The notes below the pieces were generated by a model. It did not search any database, had not been told where the DNA came from, and worked only from the letters and a program-made list of their open reading frames with translations. 64,000 nt of DNA, taken from positions 34,157-98,156 of the forward strand of contig NZ_CAXVWK010000055.1 of NCBI RefSeq assembly GCF_964263795.1. The letters are read 5' to 3'. This DNA comes from Mucilaginibacter sp. Lineage in GTDB: Bacteria > Bacteroidota > Bacteroidia > Sphingobacteriales > Sphingobacteriaceae. Shown here in pieces: positions 9,314-20,217 of the stretch. Each line of letters begins with the position of its first letter. The first letter of the stretch is position 1. The position numbers and the translations under genes are program-made.

Positions 9314-10888
9314 ATGAAATTAAAACTACTTTACACCTGTTTAGCACTTACGGGTATAACAGCTTCAGCTTTAGCGCAGGAAACTGTTGACCAGGCCGCT
9401 GTTCAGAAAATTCGCGAAGAGGGGTTAAACCACTCTAAGGTAATGGAAACCGCCTTTTACTTAACCGATGTTGCCGGGCCGCGCCTGGCTGGTTCACCGG
9501 GCTTAAAACGTGCGCAGGACTGGGCCGTTAAAACCCTTGCATCATGGGGAATGGTAAATTCAAAACTGGAGCCTTGGGGTAAATTCGGTAAAGGCTGGGA
9601 AGTTCAAAAGAATTACGCCGCTATCACCGTTCCTTACTACCACGCCATTATTGCTATCCCTAAAGCCTGGACACCGGGTACCAACGGGCTGATCAAAGGA
9701 GATGTTGTGTTGGTAAAAGCTGATACCACTACCGACCTGGACCAATATAAAGGCAAGCTTGCAGGCAAGATAGTTATTATGGATACCCAGGCTAAGCTAA
9801 CCCGCAGCAAAAACCCTGATCTATCCCGTTATACCGATGAGGAGCTGACAAAAATGTCGGCTGCTACTATGGCACCTGCCGGTGGCCCGCGGCGTGCGTT
9901 TGACCCTAACAGCCCGCAAATGGCAGCGCGCCGCAAAGCCCTGGCTATGCGTATTGCTCTTAACAAATTTTTGTTAGACGAAAAAGTTGGTTTAATACTG
10001 GCACAAGGCCGCGGTACCGATGGTACAACATTTACTACCAACGGCGCATCATATGCCGATACTGCAAAGACCGTTGCGCCGGAGTTAGAAACCAGCGGCG
10101 AGGATTATCTGCGTATTTTACGTTTGGTAAAAGCAGGCCAAAAGGTTTCTATGGAAGCCGATATCAAAACGGAATTTTTTGCTAATGACCTGCAAGGCTA
10201 CAACGTTGTTGCCGAAATACCGGGTACTGATAAAAAGTTAAAAGAGCAGGTAATTATGATAGGCGGCCACTTAGATTCATGGCATGGTGCAACCGGCGCC
10301 ACAGATAACGCTGCCGGCAGCGCCGTGATGATGGAGGCTATGCGCATCTTAAAAACCATCGGTTACAAACCAAAACGTACTATCCGTATTGCTTTATGGA
10401 GCAGTGAGGAGCAGGGCTTATTCGGCTCGCGCGGTTACGTGGCGGCACACTTTGGCGATCCGCGCACTATGCAGCTTAAACCGGAGCAGGCAAAATTAGA
10501 TGCCTATTATAACCTTGACAATGGTACCGGTAAAATACGGGGTATCTACCTACAGGGCGATAGCGCAGCTGGTCCGATTTTTAAAGCTTGGTTAGCCCCA
10601 TTTGCTGACCTGGGTGCTACAACCGTTACCGTTAGCAACACCGGTGGTACAGATCACCAGAGTTTTGACGCGGTAGGTTTACCGGGTTTCCAGTTTATTC
10701 AGGATGGCATGGATTACAATACCCGTACCCACCACAGCAACCAGGATACTTACGACCGCTTAAGCGAAGATGATCTGAAACAGGCGGCAACTATCGTGGC
10801 ATCGTTTGTTTACCATACATCTGAGCGTAAGGATATGATCCCGCGTAAAGCATTGCCAACGCCGCCACCGGCAGCACCCGCAAGATAA
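9314..10888 (+). CDS. M28 family secreted metallopeptidase (carboxypeptidase Q-like)
   Basis: signal peptide; GHLDSW, GATDNAAG, WSSEEQGLFGS, GTDHQSF, THHSNQD metal-binding motifs. Confidence 0.9.
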   Translation: MKLKLLYTCLALTGITASALAQETVDQAAVQKIREEGLNHSKVMETAFYLTDVAGPRLAGSPGLKRAQDWAVKTLASWGMVNSKLEPWGKFGKGWEVQKNYAAITVPYYHAIIAIPKAWTPGTNGLIKGDVVLVKADTTTDLDQYKGKLAGKIVIMDTQAKLTRSKNPDLSRYTDEELTKMSAATMAPAGGPRRAFDPNSPQMAARRKALAMRIALNKFLLDEKVGLILAQGRGTDGTTFTTNGASYADTAKTVAPELETSGEDYLRILRLVKAGQKVSMEADIKTEFFANDLQGYNVVAEIPGTDKKLKEQVIMIGGHLDSWHGATGATDNAAGSAVMMEAMRILKTIGYKPKRTIRIALWSSEEQGLFGSRGYVAAHFGDPRTMQLKPEQAKLDAYYNLDNGTGKIRGIYLQGDSAAGPIFKAWLAPFADLGATTVTVSNTGGTDHQSFDAVGLPGFQFIQDGMDYNTRTHHSNQDTYDRLSEDDLKQAATIVASFVYHTSERKDMIPRKALPTPPPAAPAR

Positions 10889-10921
10889 TTTAACCCCATA
10901 ACCCGCTGAAGCGGACGGAAT

Positions 10922-10957
10922 AAAAAGGCGATGAGCATAAGCTCATCGCCTTTTTTT
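10922..10957. terminator. bidirectional intrinsic terminator
   Basis: AAAAAGGCGATGAGC-ataa-GCTCATCGCCTTTTTTT. Confidence 0.9.
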
Positions 10958-11042
10958 GTAGCTGCCTGATTCCTTTATAACAGAGATTCAAAACGAGCAG
11001 TGATCTTTTGGCAAGGTGCAAAACCTTCAAAAAGATTAGGTT

Positions 11043-11849
11043 CTAAATTTCCTGTAATTCAGATTGCGCTTTTTTATGCTTAAGGGCAAGCATCCGGTTG
11101 GCCTGTATCCTGTCGTACTCGCGTACATAATCAGGGTGCTCCGTACCCATCAACCTATCCCAAATGCGGAAGTAAAGGCCGTAATTACCCTTAAATTTAC
11201 TGTGGTGAACGTTATGATGAACCGATGTGTTGATTATTTCAAACAGCGGCGTGTTTCTAAGCCATAACGGTGCTACTTCGAAGCCTAAGTGGCCGTAAAC
11301 GTTTATAACAAATCCTACCAGGATAAATAGTCCTATGGCAAGGGCGTTCATCGGCAGTAATATGGTCACTATCAGCAGTATCAGCCCTTCTGTAAAGGCC
11401 TCAAAAAAATGAAAGGAATACGAGCTCCAGGGTGAGGGATTGGTAGAACGATGGTGTAGCACGTGCGAATGCTTAAATAACCTGGGATGATGAAGCAAAC
11501 GGTGCATCCAGTAAAAATAAGTATCGTGAATGATAAGGCTCAAAGGAAGGCTAAGCGCAATCCACCAAAGTGGCATTGTGGTGCCGTCTGGCGGTATCTG
11601 GGTTATTTGCCTGACAGGTGTAAGAAATATGATGCAAGCGATAACACCGAATATTACCGCGGTTTGCATAGAGTGGAAAATATCCCTGATAAAATCGGCC
11701 TTAGATGCGTTCTTTGACTGTATTTTAAGAGATACTGCCTTGCTACTGAATGATTTATAGAAAGTAAAAAATGCTGCACCCGCAATTATAAAATAACGTA
11801 ATATGGTAACAGCGAGCACTGTAATAAAAAAATTCGCTACTGGATTCAT
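11043..11849 (-). CDS. sterol desaturase / fatty-acid hydroxylase superfamily membrane protein
   Basis: His boxes YWMHRLLH, HVLHH, HHNVHH; GNYGLYFRIWDRLMGT. Confidence 0.9.
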   Translation of the reverse strand: MNPVANFFITVLAVTILRYFIIAGAAFFTFYKSFSSKAVSLKIQSKNASKADFIRDIFHSMQTAVIFGVIACIIFLTPVRQITQIPPDGTTMPLWWIALSLPLSLIIHDTYFYWMHRLLHHPRLFKHSHVLHHRSTNPSPWSSYSFHFFEAFTEGLILLIVTILLPMNALAIGLFILVGFVINVYGHLGFEVAPLWLRNTPLFEIINTSVHHNVHHSKFKGNYGLYFRIWDRLMGTEHPDYVREYDRIQANRMLALKHKKAQSELQEI

Positions 11850-11922
11850 ATTTTGTTGATTAGTTTAACTAAACAAAAATATTACATCTGTGACGGTAAA
11901 AAATTAACAAAAGATAATTAAG

Positions 11923-12513
11923 CTATCTTACTGATCGTGCTGTGCGCCTGCGGATCCGGCTAAGTGATACCGGCGTAATACCCAGGAGCGTTGCAAGATG
12001 TTTATCGGGGACACGATTATATAAACCAGGGAGTTCGGCCATTAATTTTAAGTATCGTTCTTCTGCAGATAGTAGTATAAAGTCTTCTACACGTGCCATA
12101 GCCTCACCCAGCATATGCAGTAAAAGTGAGTGGCGCATTACAGATAGCGCGATGTTCTTGTCGATGATCTGCTCCGCTTTCCGGTAATCCATTTCCAGTA
12201 ATGAAGTATTTTCAACAGCCTGGTAGGTAAACCGGTTGGGGCGCTGATATAAGATCTGATCAATTGAAGCAAAGATCTGGTTTTCCCATCTTACCATTAG
12301 GGTGAGGTCATCTCCATTGGGTTTAAGGTAGTATACACGTATCAGGCCCTGCTTTATAAAAGCCAGCTTAGGCGATTCGGATCCTGCTGCAATGTAAACT
12401 TCGCCGGCAGCCAACTGCCGTGTGCGAGTGATGCCCACCAGCGCAGCAATATCTGCAGGCTCCAGATGGGTAAATAACCGCATGTAAAAGTGGGCAGCTT
12501 CCTGGTCAGACAT
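11923..12513 (-). CDS. Crp/Fnr family transcriptional regulator
   Basis: cNMP-binding fold then SAEERYLKL..RVPDKHLATLLGITPVSLSRIR HTH. Confidence 0.9.
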   Translation of the reverse strand: MSDQEAAHFYMRLFTHLEPADIAALVGITRTRQLAAGEVYIAAGSESPKLAFIKQGLIRVYYLKPNGDDLTLMVRWENQIFASIDQILYQRPNRFTYQAVENTSLLEMDYRKAEQIIDKNIALSVMRHSLLLHMLGEAMARVEDFILLSAEERYLKLMAELPGLYNRVPDKHLATLLGITPVSLSRIRRRTARSVR

Positions 12514-12553
12514 GTAAAATTATTATGAAACGATGATTTACCGCTGATATTTG

Positions 12554-14482
12554 TTATGAGGCAATTGTATGCTTATTGCACTTAATATCCAGGCTTTTTA
12601 CAGTTGCGGCAATACCGGCGGCATCATAACCGCATTCGGCCCAAAGCTCAGGCTGTTCGCCGTGTTCAATGATCTGATCGGGGATACCCAGGCGGATAAC
12701 GTTCGCATTGTATTTGTTATCGGCCATAAATTCTAATACCGCGGTACCGGCCCCACCTTCCAGGCAGCCATCTTCAACCGTAATTACACAGCCGAATTTC
12801 TGGAACACTTCGTGTAGCATTGCTTCGTCTAACGGTTTTACAAAACGCAGATCGTAATGTGCGGGGTAAAAACCTTCGTTATTTAGTTGGGCTGTAGCCT
12901 TAATTACTTCATTTCCAATGGTACCGATAGATAATATCGCCACTTCTTCACCATCGCAAATTTTGCGGCCTTTACCAACAGGTATAGCTTTTAACGGGCG
13001 GCGCCAGTCTACCATAACACCATTACCACGCGGGTAGCGTATCACAAACGGGCCCATATCGTCATGCTGGGCAGTGTACATCAGGTTGCGCAATTCTTCC
13101 TCGTTCATGGGCGCAGATACCGTCATGTTAGGGATGCAGCGCATGTAGGCTAAATCGTAAGCACCGTGGTGGGTTGGCCCGTCGCTGCCTGCAATGCCAG
13201 CACGGTCAAGGCAAAAAATCACATTAAGCTTTTGTATAGCAACGTCATGTATCACCTGGTCATAAGCACGCTGCATAAAGCTGGAGTAGATGTTACAAAA
13301 AGGGATAAGCCCTTGTGTAGCCATGCCGGCACTAAACGTTACGGCATGCTGCTCGGCAATACCAACGTCAAAGGCGCGGTTAGGCATGGCCTTCATCATC
13401 AGGTTTAAAGAGCAACCTGAAGGCATGGCGGGCGTTACACCCATAATTTTAGGGTTTGCCTCGGCCAGTTCGATAATGGTATGGCCAAAAACGTCCTGGT
13501 ATTTGGGCGGCTGTGGTTTATCGTAAGTAACCTTTTTGATCTCGCCGGTGATCTTATCGAACAAGCCGGGCGCATGCCATTTGGTTTGGTCCTTTTCTGC
13601 CAGGGCATATCCTTTGCCTTTTGTGGTAACGCAATGTAAAATTTTTGGTCCCGGAATGTCACGCAGATCGCGCAGCAATTTTACCAGGTGTTTTACATCA
13701 TGGCCGTCTACAGGGCCAAAATATCTGAATTTAAGCGCCTCGAAAAAGTTGCTGCGCTTAAGCAGGGTGCCTTTAATGCTCTTCTCCAGCTTTTGGGCTA
13801 TTTTAAAAGCATCCGGGCCTATTGATGACAGCTTGGTAAGTACACCTGCAATATCATCCCTAAACCTGTTGTAGGGTTTAGAGGTGGTAATATCCGTTAA
13901 ATATTCTTTAAGCGCACCAACGTTAGGGTCAATGGCCATATTGTTATCATTCAGTATAACCAGCAGGTTAGAGTTTTCTATACCGGCGTGGTTAAGTGCT
14001 TCAAAGGCCATCCCGGCCGTCATGCTGCCATCGCCTATAACGGCTACGTGCTGCCGGTCGGTTTCGCCCTTGTATTGCGAAGCTACAGCCATACCCAATG
14101 CTGCCGAAATAGAAGTGGATGAGTGGCCTACGCCAAAAGTATCGTAAATGCTTTCGCTCCGCTTAGGGAAGCCGCTAATGCCACCGTGCAGGCGGTTGGT
14201 ATGAAAATCGTCCCGGCGGCCGGTAAGTATCTTATGCCCGTAAGCCTGGTGGCCAACATCCCATACCAATTGATCGTAAGGGGTGTTTAACACATATTGT
14301 AAAGCAACGGTAAGCTCAACAACGCCCAGGCTCGCTGCAAAGTGGCCCCCATTTACCGATACCACATCGATGATATACTGGCGCAGTTCTTTACATACCT
14401 GTTCCAGATCATCTTCTTTAACTTTCTTTAAATCAGAGGGATAATTGATGTTTTTTAATAGATCACCGGCGGGTACCTGCAT
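12554..14482 (-). CDS. dxs: 1-deoxy-D-xylulose-5-phosphate synthase
   Basis: [50 protein letters not shown]. Confidence 0.97.
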   Translation of the reverse strand: MQVPAGDLLKNINYPSDLKKVKEDDLEQVCKELRQYIIDVVSVNGGHFAASLGVVELTVALQYVLNTPYDQLVWDVGHQAYGHKILTGRRDDFHTNRLHGGISGFPKRSESIYDTFGVGHSSTSISAALGMAVASQYKGETDRQHVAVIGDGSMTAGMAFEALNHAGIENSNLLVILNDNNMAIDPNVGALKEYLTDITTSKPYNRFRDDIAGVLTKLSSIGPDAFKIAQKLEKSIKGTLLKRSNFFEALKFRYFGPVDGHDVKHLVKLLRDLRDIPGPKILHCVTTKGKGYALAEKDQTKWHAPGLFDKITGEIKKVTYDKPQPPKYQDVFGHTIIELAEANPKIMGVTPAMPSGCSLNLMMKAMPNRAFDVGIAEQHAVTFSAGMATQGLIPFCNIYSSFMQRAYDQVIHDVAIQKLNVIFCLDRAGIAGSDGPTHHGAYDLAYMRCIPNMTVSAPMNEEELRNLMYTAQHDDMGPFVIRYPRGNGVMVDWRRPLKAIPVGKGRKICDGEEVAILSIGTIGNEVIKATAQLNNEGFYPAHYDLRFVKPLDEAMLHEVFQKFGCVITVEDGCLEGGAGTAVLEFMADNKYNANVIRLGIPDQIIEHGEQPELWAECGYDAAGIAATVKSLDIKCNKHTIAS

Positions 14483-14508
14483 TTACTTATCTGGTATATT
14501 TTAACTTA

Positions 14509-14516
14509 CAAAAGTA
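14509..14516 (-). promoter_or_regulatory. Bacteroidota -7 element upstream of dxs
   Basis: minus-strand TACTTTTG fits TAnnTTTG. Confidence 0.45.
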
Positions 14517-14607
14517 GGCTATTTAAATGGAATATCTTAAAGGTAAATATTGTTTTGTAATTAGCAACAGATATTTTTTTATAGGTTTTTTAGCTGTAGT
14601 TTTGGTT

Positions 14608-15360
14608 ATGACCGATGATGCTTTCGCGATAAGGTTACCACAGTTTGAAGGTCCGTTTGACTTGTTGCTTTTCTTTATAGAGCGCGACGAACTTGACATT
14701 CATGATATACCTATTGCCCGCATTACCAACGATTTCCTGAATTACATTCACCAGATGACGGTGCTGAACATGGAACTGGCCAGTGAATTTATTTTTGTGG
14801 CGGCCACCCTCATGCGCATTAAGGCTAAAATGCTGCTGCCGCGGCACAATACCGGCGAGGAAGAGAACGAGATGGACACCAAAGAGGGGTTGATCCGTAA
14901 GCTGATTGAATATAAAAAGTTTAAAGAACTGTGCGACAAGCTGCGCCCGTTTGAAGACGAGCGGTTTAAGCAGGAGCGCCGGGGCAACATCAAGGCCGAC
15001 CTGGAGCAGGTTGAAAAAGTGACGGTACCCGGTGAGGAGTTGTCGGAAATAAACCTTTATAAATTAATGACCGTTTACAACCGGGTAATGCGGCAGTTTT
15101 TTACCCGTACAGAAGAAGTTACCCATACCGTTACCCAATACCCTTACACCATTGAAAAGCAAAAGGCCGTGATTACCGACCTGCTGCTCATAAACAGCAG
15201 GCTTGATTTTAGCAGCATAAAGGGAAGCTCTGAAAACAAGGTGCATTTTATCTATAACTTTTTAGCCGTACTGGAAATGCTGCAACAGGAGCTGGTAGAT
15301 ATCACCATAGGTTTAGGCTATAATAATTTTTGGATAGCGCCGAGGGAAATGGAAGGCTAA
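14608..15360 (+). CDS. scpA: segregation and condensation protein A
   Basis: FEGPFDLLLFFI, ASEFIFVAATLMRIKAKMLLP, FLAVLEM; ATG 14608 preferred over track start 14527. Confidence 0.9.
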   Translation: MTDDAFAIRLPQFEGPFDLLLFFIERDELDIHDIPIARITNDFLNYIHQMTVLNMELASEFIFVAATLMRIKAKMLLPRHNTGEEENEMDTKEGLIRKLIEYKKFKELCDKLRPFEDERFKQERRGNIKADLEQVEKVTVPGEELSEINLYKLMTVYNRVMRQFFTRTEEVTHTVTQYPYTIEKQKAVITDLLLINSRLDFSSIKGSSENKVHFIYNFLAVLEMLQQELVDITIGLGYNNFWIAPREMEG

Positions 15361-15707
15361 AGTCACGCCATCGTCGGCGTCAGGCTTGTGGCCGCGGCAG
15401 TAAATCACAGGGCAAAAACTCTACCTTGTCCGGGCTAACTTGACCGGCAAATTCATGTTAACCCACCTTTTTCACAAGTAATTGATTGCCAGTTAATTAA
15501 CTTGTTTATTTGCAAAAAAGTGTAAACCTTTGTTAACCTTTGTTACGTTTTTTAAGTGGTTAAATGTTGGTCACTATCTAACAGTTGCGCTTTAAATCTT
15601 AATTGCAAAATTGCTGTATTTAAAAGGATATTGTTTTTGTCTCAAATCTCAATACCGGTATCTCAAATCTAATATTATAGCTAACTTAGCGCGCATTACA
15701 CACAACA

Positions 15708-16994
15708 ATGAAAAGAGACAAATTAATATTTAAGCTGTTAGATGAAGAGCAGCTGCGCCAGGAAGAGGGTATTGAACTGATAGCCTCTGAAAATTTTGTT
15801 AGCAAGCAGGTTATGGAAGCAGCAGGTTCTGTTGCTACTAATAAATATGCCGAAGGCTTACCGGGCAAACGCTATTACGGCGGTTGCGAGGTGGTTGATG
15901 AGATAGAAACCATAGCTATTGATCGCGCAAAACAGCTTTTCAATGCCGAATGGGCCAACGTGCAGCCACACTCCGGCGCGCAGGCCAACGCAGCAGTAAT
16001 GCTTGCGGTATTGCAGCCAGGCGATAAAATATTAGGTTTTGATCTTTCGCACGGTGGCCACTTAACCCATGGCTCGCCGGTTAACTTTTCCGGCAAACTG
16101 TATGAGCCGCATTTTTATGGTGTAGTTAAAGAAACCGGCTTGATTGATTATGAACAATTAGAGCGGGTTGCCTTAGAGCAAAAACCCAAATTGATCATCT
16201 GCGGTGCTTCGGCCTATTCACGCGATTGGGATTATGAGTTTATCCGTAAGGTGGCCGATAAAGTTGGCGCCTTGGTACTGGCAGATATTTCGCATCCGGC
16301 AGGCATGATAGCCCGCGGCTTGCTTACAGATCCGCTTCCGCATGTGCATATTGTTACTACTACTACACATAAAACCCTACGCGGCCCCCGCGGCGGACTA
16401 ATCCTTTTAGGTAAGGATTTTCCTAACCCGTTTGGCTTAAAAAACCCTAAAGGCGAAGTAAGGATGATGTCGGCATTATTAGATATGGCGGTGTTCCCCG
16501 GCACACAGGGAGGCCCGTTAGAGCATATCATTGCAGCAAAGGCCATTGCCTTTGGCGAAGCCTTGTCTGACAGTTACATGAAGTACATTTTACAGGTGAA
16601 ACTGAATGCTGCCGCTATGGCTAAGGCCTTTGTTGACAGAGGGTACGAGATCATATCCGGCGGTACAGATAACCACCTGATGCTGATAGACCTGCGCAAT
16701 AAAAATATTACCGGTAAAGCTGCTGAGAATGCTTTGGTAACTGCCGATATCACCATCAACAAAAATATGGTGCCTTATGATGATAAATCGCCGTTTGTAA
16801 CATCGGGTATCCGCGTGGGTACAGCAGCAATAACTACCCGCGGTTTAAAAGAAAAACATATGGACCTTATAGTTGAACTTATCGACGAGGTGCTGATGGA
16901 TCCGGAAAATGAAACTTCATTGAAAAAAGTACGTAAAAAGGTACACAAGTTGATGCATGATCATCCGTTATACAGAGACAAGGATTTAGATTAA
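15708..16994 (+). CDS. glyA: serine hydroxymethyltransferase
   Basis: [46 protein letters not shown]. Confidence 0.98.
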   Translation: MKRDKLIFKLLDEEQLRQEEGIELIASENFVSKQVMEAAGSVATNKYAEGLPGKRYYGGCEVVDEIETIAIDRAKQLFNAEWANVQPHSGAQANAAVMLAVLQPGDKILGFDLSHGGHLTHGSPVNFSGKLYEPHFYGVVKETGLIDYEQLERVALEQKPKLIICGASAYSRDWDYEFIRKVADKVGALVLADISHPAGMIARGLLTDPLPHVHIVTTTTHKTLRGPRGGLILLGKDFPNPFGLKNPKGEVRMMSALLDMAVFPGTQGGPLEHIIAAKAIAFGEALSDSYMKYILQVKLNAAAMAKAFVDRGYEIISGGTDNHLMLIDLRNKNITGKAAENALVTADITINKNMVPYDDKSPFVTSGIRVGTAAITTRGLKEKHMDLIVELIDEVLMDPENETSLKKVRKKVHKLMHDHPLYRDKDLD

Positions 16995-16997
16995 AGA

Positions 16998-19900
16998 ATG
17001 ACTGAGCAGCATCCCCTTCAAGGTAGTGAGCAGGACCGCCTGGCGGCCCTTAACTCTTACGGTATTATGGATACCCTACCGGAGCAGGAGTATGATGCAA
17101 TTACACGCCTGGCATCCTATATATGCCAGGCACCCATTGCCTTTATATCTTTTATTGACGACACAAGGCAATGGGTTAAATCGCAGGTAGGGTTGGCTAT
17201 CGATCAGGTCCCGATCGAAGACTCGTATTGCCAGTTCACCATTAAGCAAGAGAATTTAGTTGAAGTTTCTGACGCAACGGGCGATCCGTTTCTTAAAGAA
17301 CAGGAGATGGTTACCGGGCAGTTCGGCCTGCGTTTTTATGCCAGCGCGCCCCTTATCGACCCGGATGGTTACCGCATAGGCACCCTGTGCGTGCTGGACC
17401 AGAAAGTACGCAACCTAACCGACGAACAGCGCGACGCGATGCGCATCCTGGCGAGCGAGGTCATGTCGCACCTTATCTTGCGCAAGCAAAAAAAAGCGCT
17501 GGAAAAAAGCCTGGAAGTACATAAGGAGTTTTACACGCTTTTTAACAGCTCATCAGAAATTCACTTCATCGCCAATGCCGATTCCAGGATTGAGCTGATC
17601 AATAATGCTGTTAATGATATATTGGGGTACACGCCAGATCAGGCTATTGGATTATCACTATGGGATTTTGTCGTCGGCAAAAACCGTGAGCTGTATGTTC
17701 CGCTGATAGAAAAGGCCGTTGCATCCCAGCAACCCATTGAACTGGAAACCCAAACCGTTACCCGCGATAAGCAGGTAAAATGGCTAAGTTGGACAGCTGT
17801 AAATAAGGGCGGCAAGTGGTATGCCAGTGGCCGCGATATCACCTTTCAAAAACGGCTGGTGCTCGAAACCGAGCAGCTATCATTAGTGGCCAGCAAGATC
17901 AAGAACGGTGTAGTAATTAGCAATGCCAATGATGAGGTGGTTTGGGTAAATGATGCCTTTAAAAACATAACCGGCTATGACCTGGCAGATGTAGAACACC
18001 AATTCCTGGGCGCCGTGCTTAAGGGCAAACCACGTGATGCCAGAGCCGAAAAAGAACTTATAGAATCCCGGGAATCCAACAGGTCATACGAGGTTGAATT
18101 ATCGATGACCACCAAGGATGGCAAACCTATCTGGATCTCGGTTACAAATTCAACCATTTATGCCGGCAATGGCGATATTGAAAAGTACATCCGCATCATC
18201 ATCGATATTACCGCCCGAAAAAGCGCTGAGCATGATGTAGAGATCCTGTCGTTCGCGGCACGCAAATCGCCAAGCGGGATCATGATCCGCGATGCTGAAG
18301 GGAAGATCATCTGGATGAATGAATGTATGGAAAGCATTATCGGCTATTCGCTTGATGAGCTGAAAGGCCATAGCGTCGGCCGCGACCTCATTGGCGAGGA
18401 AACCGACATGACTGTCTTTGAAAGTGCCGTACAGGCGGTTGAAGAAAACCGACCATATGAGATAGAACTGAAGATATATAAAAAGGACGGCTCAGCCACC
18501 TGGGTGTTTATATCAAACAGCCCTTTGTTTAATGAGGAGGGTGGTGTAGAGCGGCAGATAGGCGTAATGGTTGATATCACCGCCCGCAAAAAATCGGAAG
18601 AGCAATTAACTATGCTATCACTGGTGGCCAGTAAAACTACCAGTGGTGTGGTAATTAACGATAGTGAGGGTTGTGTTGAATGGGTGAACGACGCATTTGA
18701 ACATATTACCGGATATACGCTTGCTGATGTAAAAGACAAACACCTGGGCGACTCACTTAAAGGGGAACTGACAGATGTATCGATCATCACCCGGTCGCGC
18801 GAGTTATCGCAGCTTAAGCAATCTTTCGAGGTTGACCTGTTGATTTACCGTAAAGACGGCCAGCCGCTATGGATCTCGGTGATCAATTCGGTGATAATGG
18901 CGGATAACGGCAAGGTAGATAAGTATATTGAAGTGATCATTGACATCACGGCCAAGAAAAAGGCCGAGCAGGAACTGATTGCCGCTAAAGAAGAAGCGCT
19001 TCAGCTTAATCGGGCCAAAGACATGTTTATAGGTGTTATGAGCCATGAAATCCGTACCCCGCTCAACGCGGTTATCGGCATGTCGCATTTGTTGCTCGAT
19101 GATAACCCATTGCCTTCCCAAACAGAAAATCTAAGCATCCTAAAGTTCTCTGCCGAGAACCTGATGACCTTGATAAACGATGTGCTTGATTTTACAAAAA
19201 TAGAGACTGGTAACATTGAACTGGAAGAAGCCCGGCTTGATCTGCGTGATACGGTGAACAGCATTACCGCATCTATGCAATACAAAGCTGTGGAACATGA
19301 TATTTACTTAAAACAGCATGTAGACCCGGCAATACCCGCATTTGTTATTGGCGACCGGGCCAGACTTACGCAGATTTTACTAAATTTGGTGAGTAATTCG
19401 GTTAAGTTTACAGCTAGTGGCGGGGTAACTATTGATCTTAAGCTGATTGAAGATAATCAAAGTGCGGTTAGGATAAGATTTGCCATAACTGATACCGGGA
19501 TAGGTATCGCTAAAGACAAATTTAACACCATATTTGAATCTTTTAAACAAGCCGAGGCTGATACTACCCGCAATTACGGCGGTACCGGATTAGGGCTGGC
19601 GATCAGTAAACGCCTTATCGAGCTTCACGATTCACGCATAAACGTGGATAGTGTTTTAGGCGAAGGATCGACGTTTTGGTTTGCCATTACATTTAAAAAG
19701 TTAGATAACGACACTACTAATAACGATAACAAAGTGGAAGCAGGACTAAATATTAACGTACTTGTTGTTGATGATAATCAGATAAACAGATTACTAATAA
19801 ATAAAGTATTAAAAAAATGGGGCGCCAGTGCCGACTTTGCCGAAAACGGCCAGGAAGCGATTGACAAACTTGAACTGCACAAAAATTTTGATGTTGTGTT

Positions 19901-20123
19901 AATGGATATCCACATGCCTATTATGGGCGGGTTAGAAGCTGCAGGCGTTATTCGTAGTAAAACAGACTCCTACTTCCAAAATCTGCCGATCATTGCACTT
20001 ACCGCGTCTATGCTTGGAAGCCAGATGGGCGAGATAGAAGGTGCCGGTATGAATGACTACATCCTGAAACCGTTTGATCCTAAAGCGCTTTACGATAAAC
20101 TGAGCCGGTATCAAAAACAATAA
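16998..20123 (+). CDS. hybrid sensor kinase GAF-4xPAS-HisKA-HATPase-REC
   Basis: N-terminal GAF (RLAALNSYGIMDTLPE..RFYASAPL..GTLCVLD); four PAS repeats; MSHEIRTPLN; GGTGLGLAI; REC with LMDIHMP; no TM segment. Confidence 0.92.
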   Translation: MTEQHPLQGSEQDRLAALNSYGIMDTLPEQEYDAITRLASYICQAPIAFISFIDDTRQWVKSQVGLAIDQVPIEDSYCQFTIKQENLVEVSDATGDPFLKEQEMVTGQFGLRFYASAPLIDPDGYRIGTLCVLDQKVRNLTDEQRDAMRILASEVMSHLILRKQKKALEKSLEVHKEFYTLFNSSSEIHFIANADSRIELINNAVNDILGYTPDQAIGLSLWDFVVGKNRELYVPLIEKAVASQQPIELETQTVTRDKQVKWLSWTAVNKGGKWYASGRDITFQKRLVLETEQLSLVASKIKNGVVISNANDEVVWVNDAFKNITGYDLADVEHQFLGAVLKGKPRDARAEKELIESRESNRSYEVELSMTTKDGKPIWISVTNSTIYAGNGDIEKYIRIIIDITARKSAEHDVEILSFAARKSPSGIMIRDAEGKIIWMNECMESIIGYSLDELKGHSVGRDLIGEETDMTVFESAVQAVEENRPYEIELKIYKKDGSATWVFISNSPLFNEEGGVERQIGVMVDITARKKSEEQLTMLSLVASKTTSGVVINDSEGCVEWVNDAFEHITGYTLADVKDKHLGDSLKGELTDVSIITRSRELSQLKQSFEVDLLIYRKDGQPLWISVINSVIMADNGKVDKYIEVIIDITAKKKAEQELIAAKEEALQLNRAKDMFIGVMSHEIRTPLNAVIGMSHLLLDDNPLPSQTENLSILKFSAENLMTLINDVLDFTKIETGNIELEEARLDLRDTVNSITASMQYKAVEHDIYLKQHVDPAIPAFVIGDRARLTQILLNLVSNSVKFTASGGVTIDLKLIEDNQSAVRIRFAITDTGIGIAKDKFNTIFESFKQAEADTTRNYGGTGLGLAISKRLIELHDSRINVDSVLGEGSTFWFAITFKKLDNDTTNNDNKVEAGLNINVLVVDDNQINRLLINKVLKKWGASADFAENGQEAIDKLELHKNFDVVLMDIHMPIMGGLEAAGVIRSKTDSYFQNLPIIALTASMLGSQMGEIEGAGMNDYILKPFDPKALYDKLSRYQKQ

Positions 20124-20217
20124 TTGTTAGTTGATCGGGTAAGTGCTTTTGTAAAGTCCATTCCGATATTATCAGCTTGCCGAATCAACTCCCCACAAAT
20201 CAACCGCATAATCCAGG

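Noticed and set aside
15406-15438. CACAGGGCAAA..TCCGGGCTAA resembles parts of the c-di-GMP-I riboswitch
   Set aside because: The P2 GNRA stem and GACGCAAAGC are missing, the spacing is too short and it lies ~270 nt from glyA
15361-15707. ZTP or glycine riboswitch upstream of glyA
   Set aside because: Neither the GACUGGCG/GCCUGGGC nor the GGAGA/CUCUCAGG cores are present
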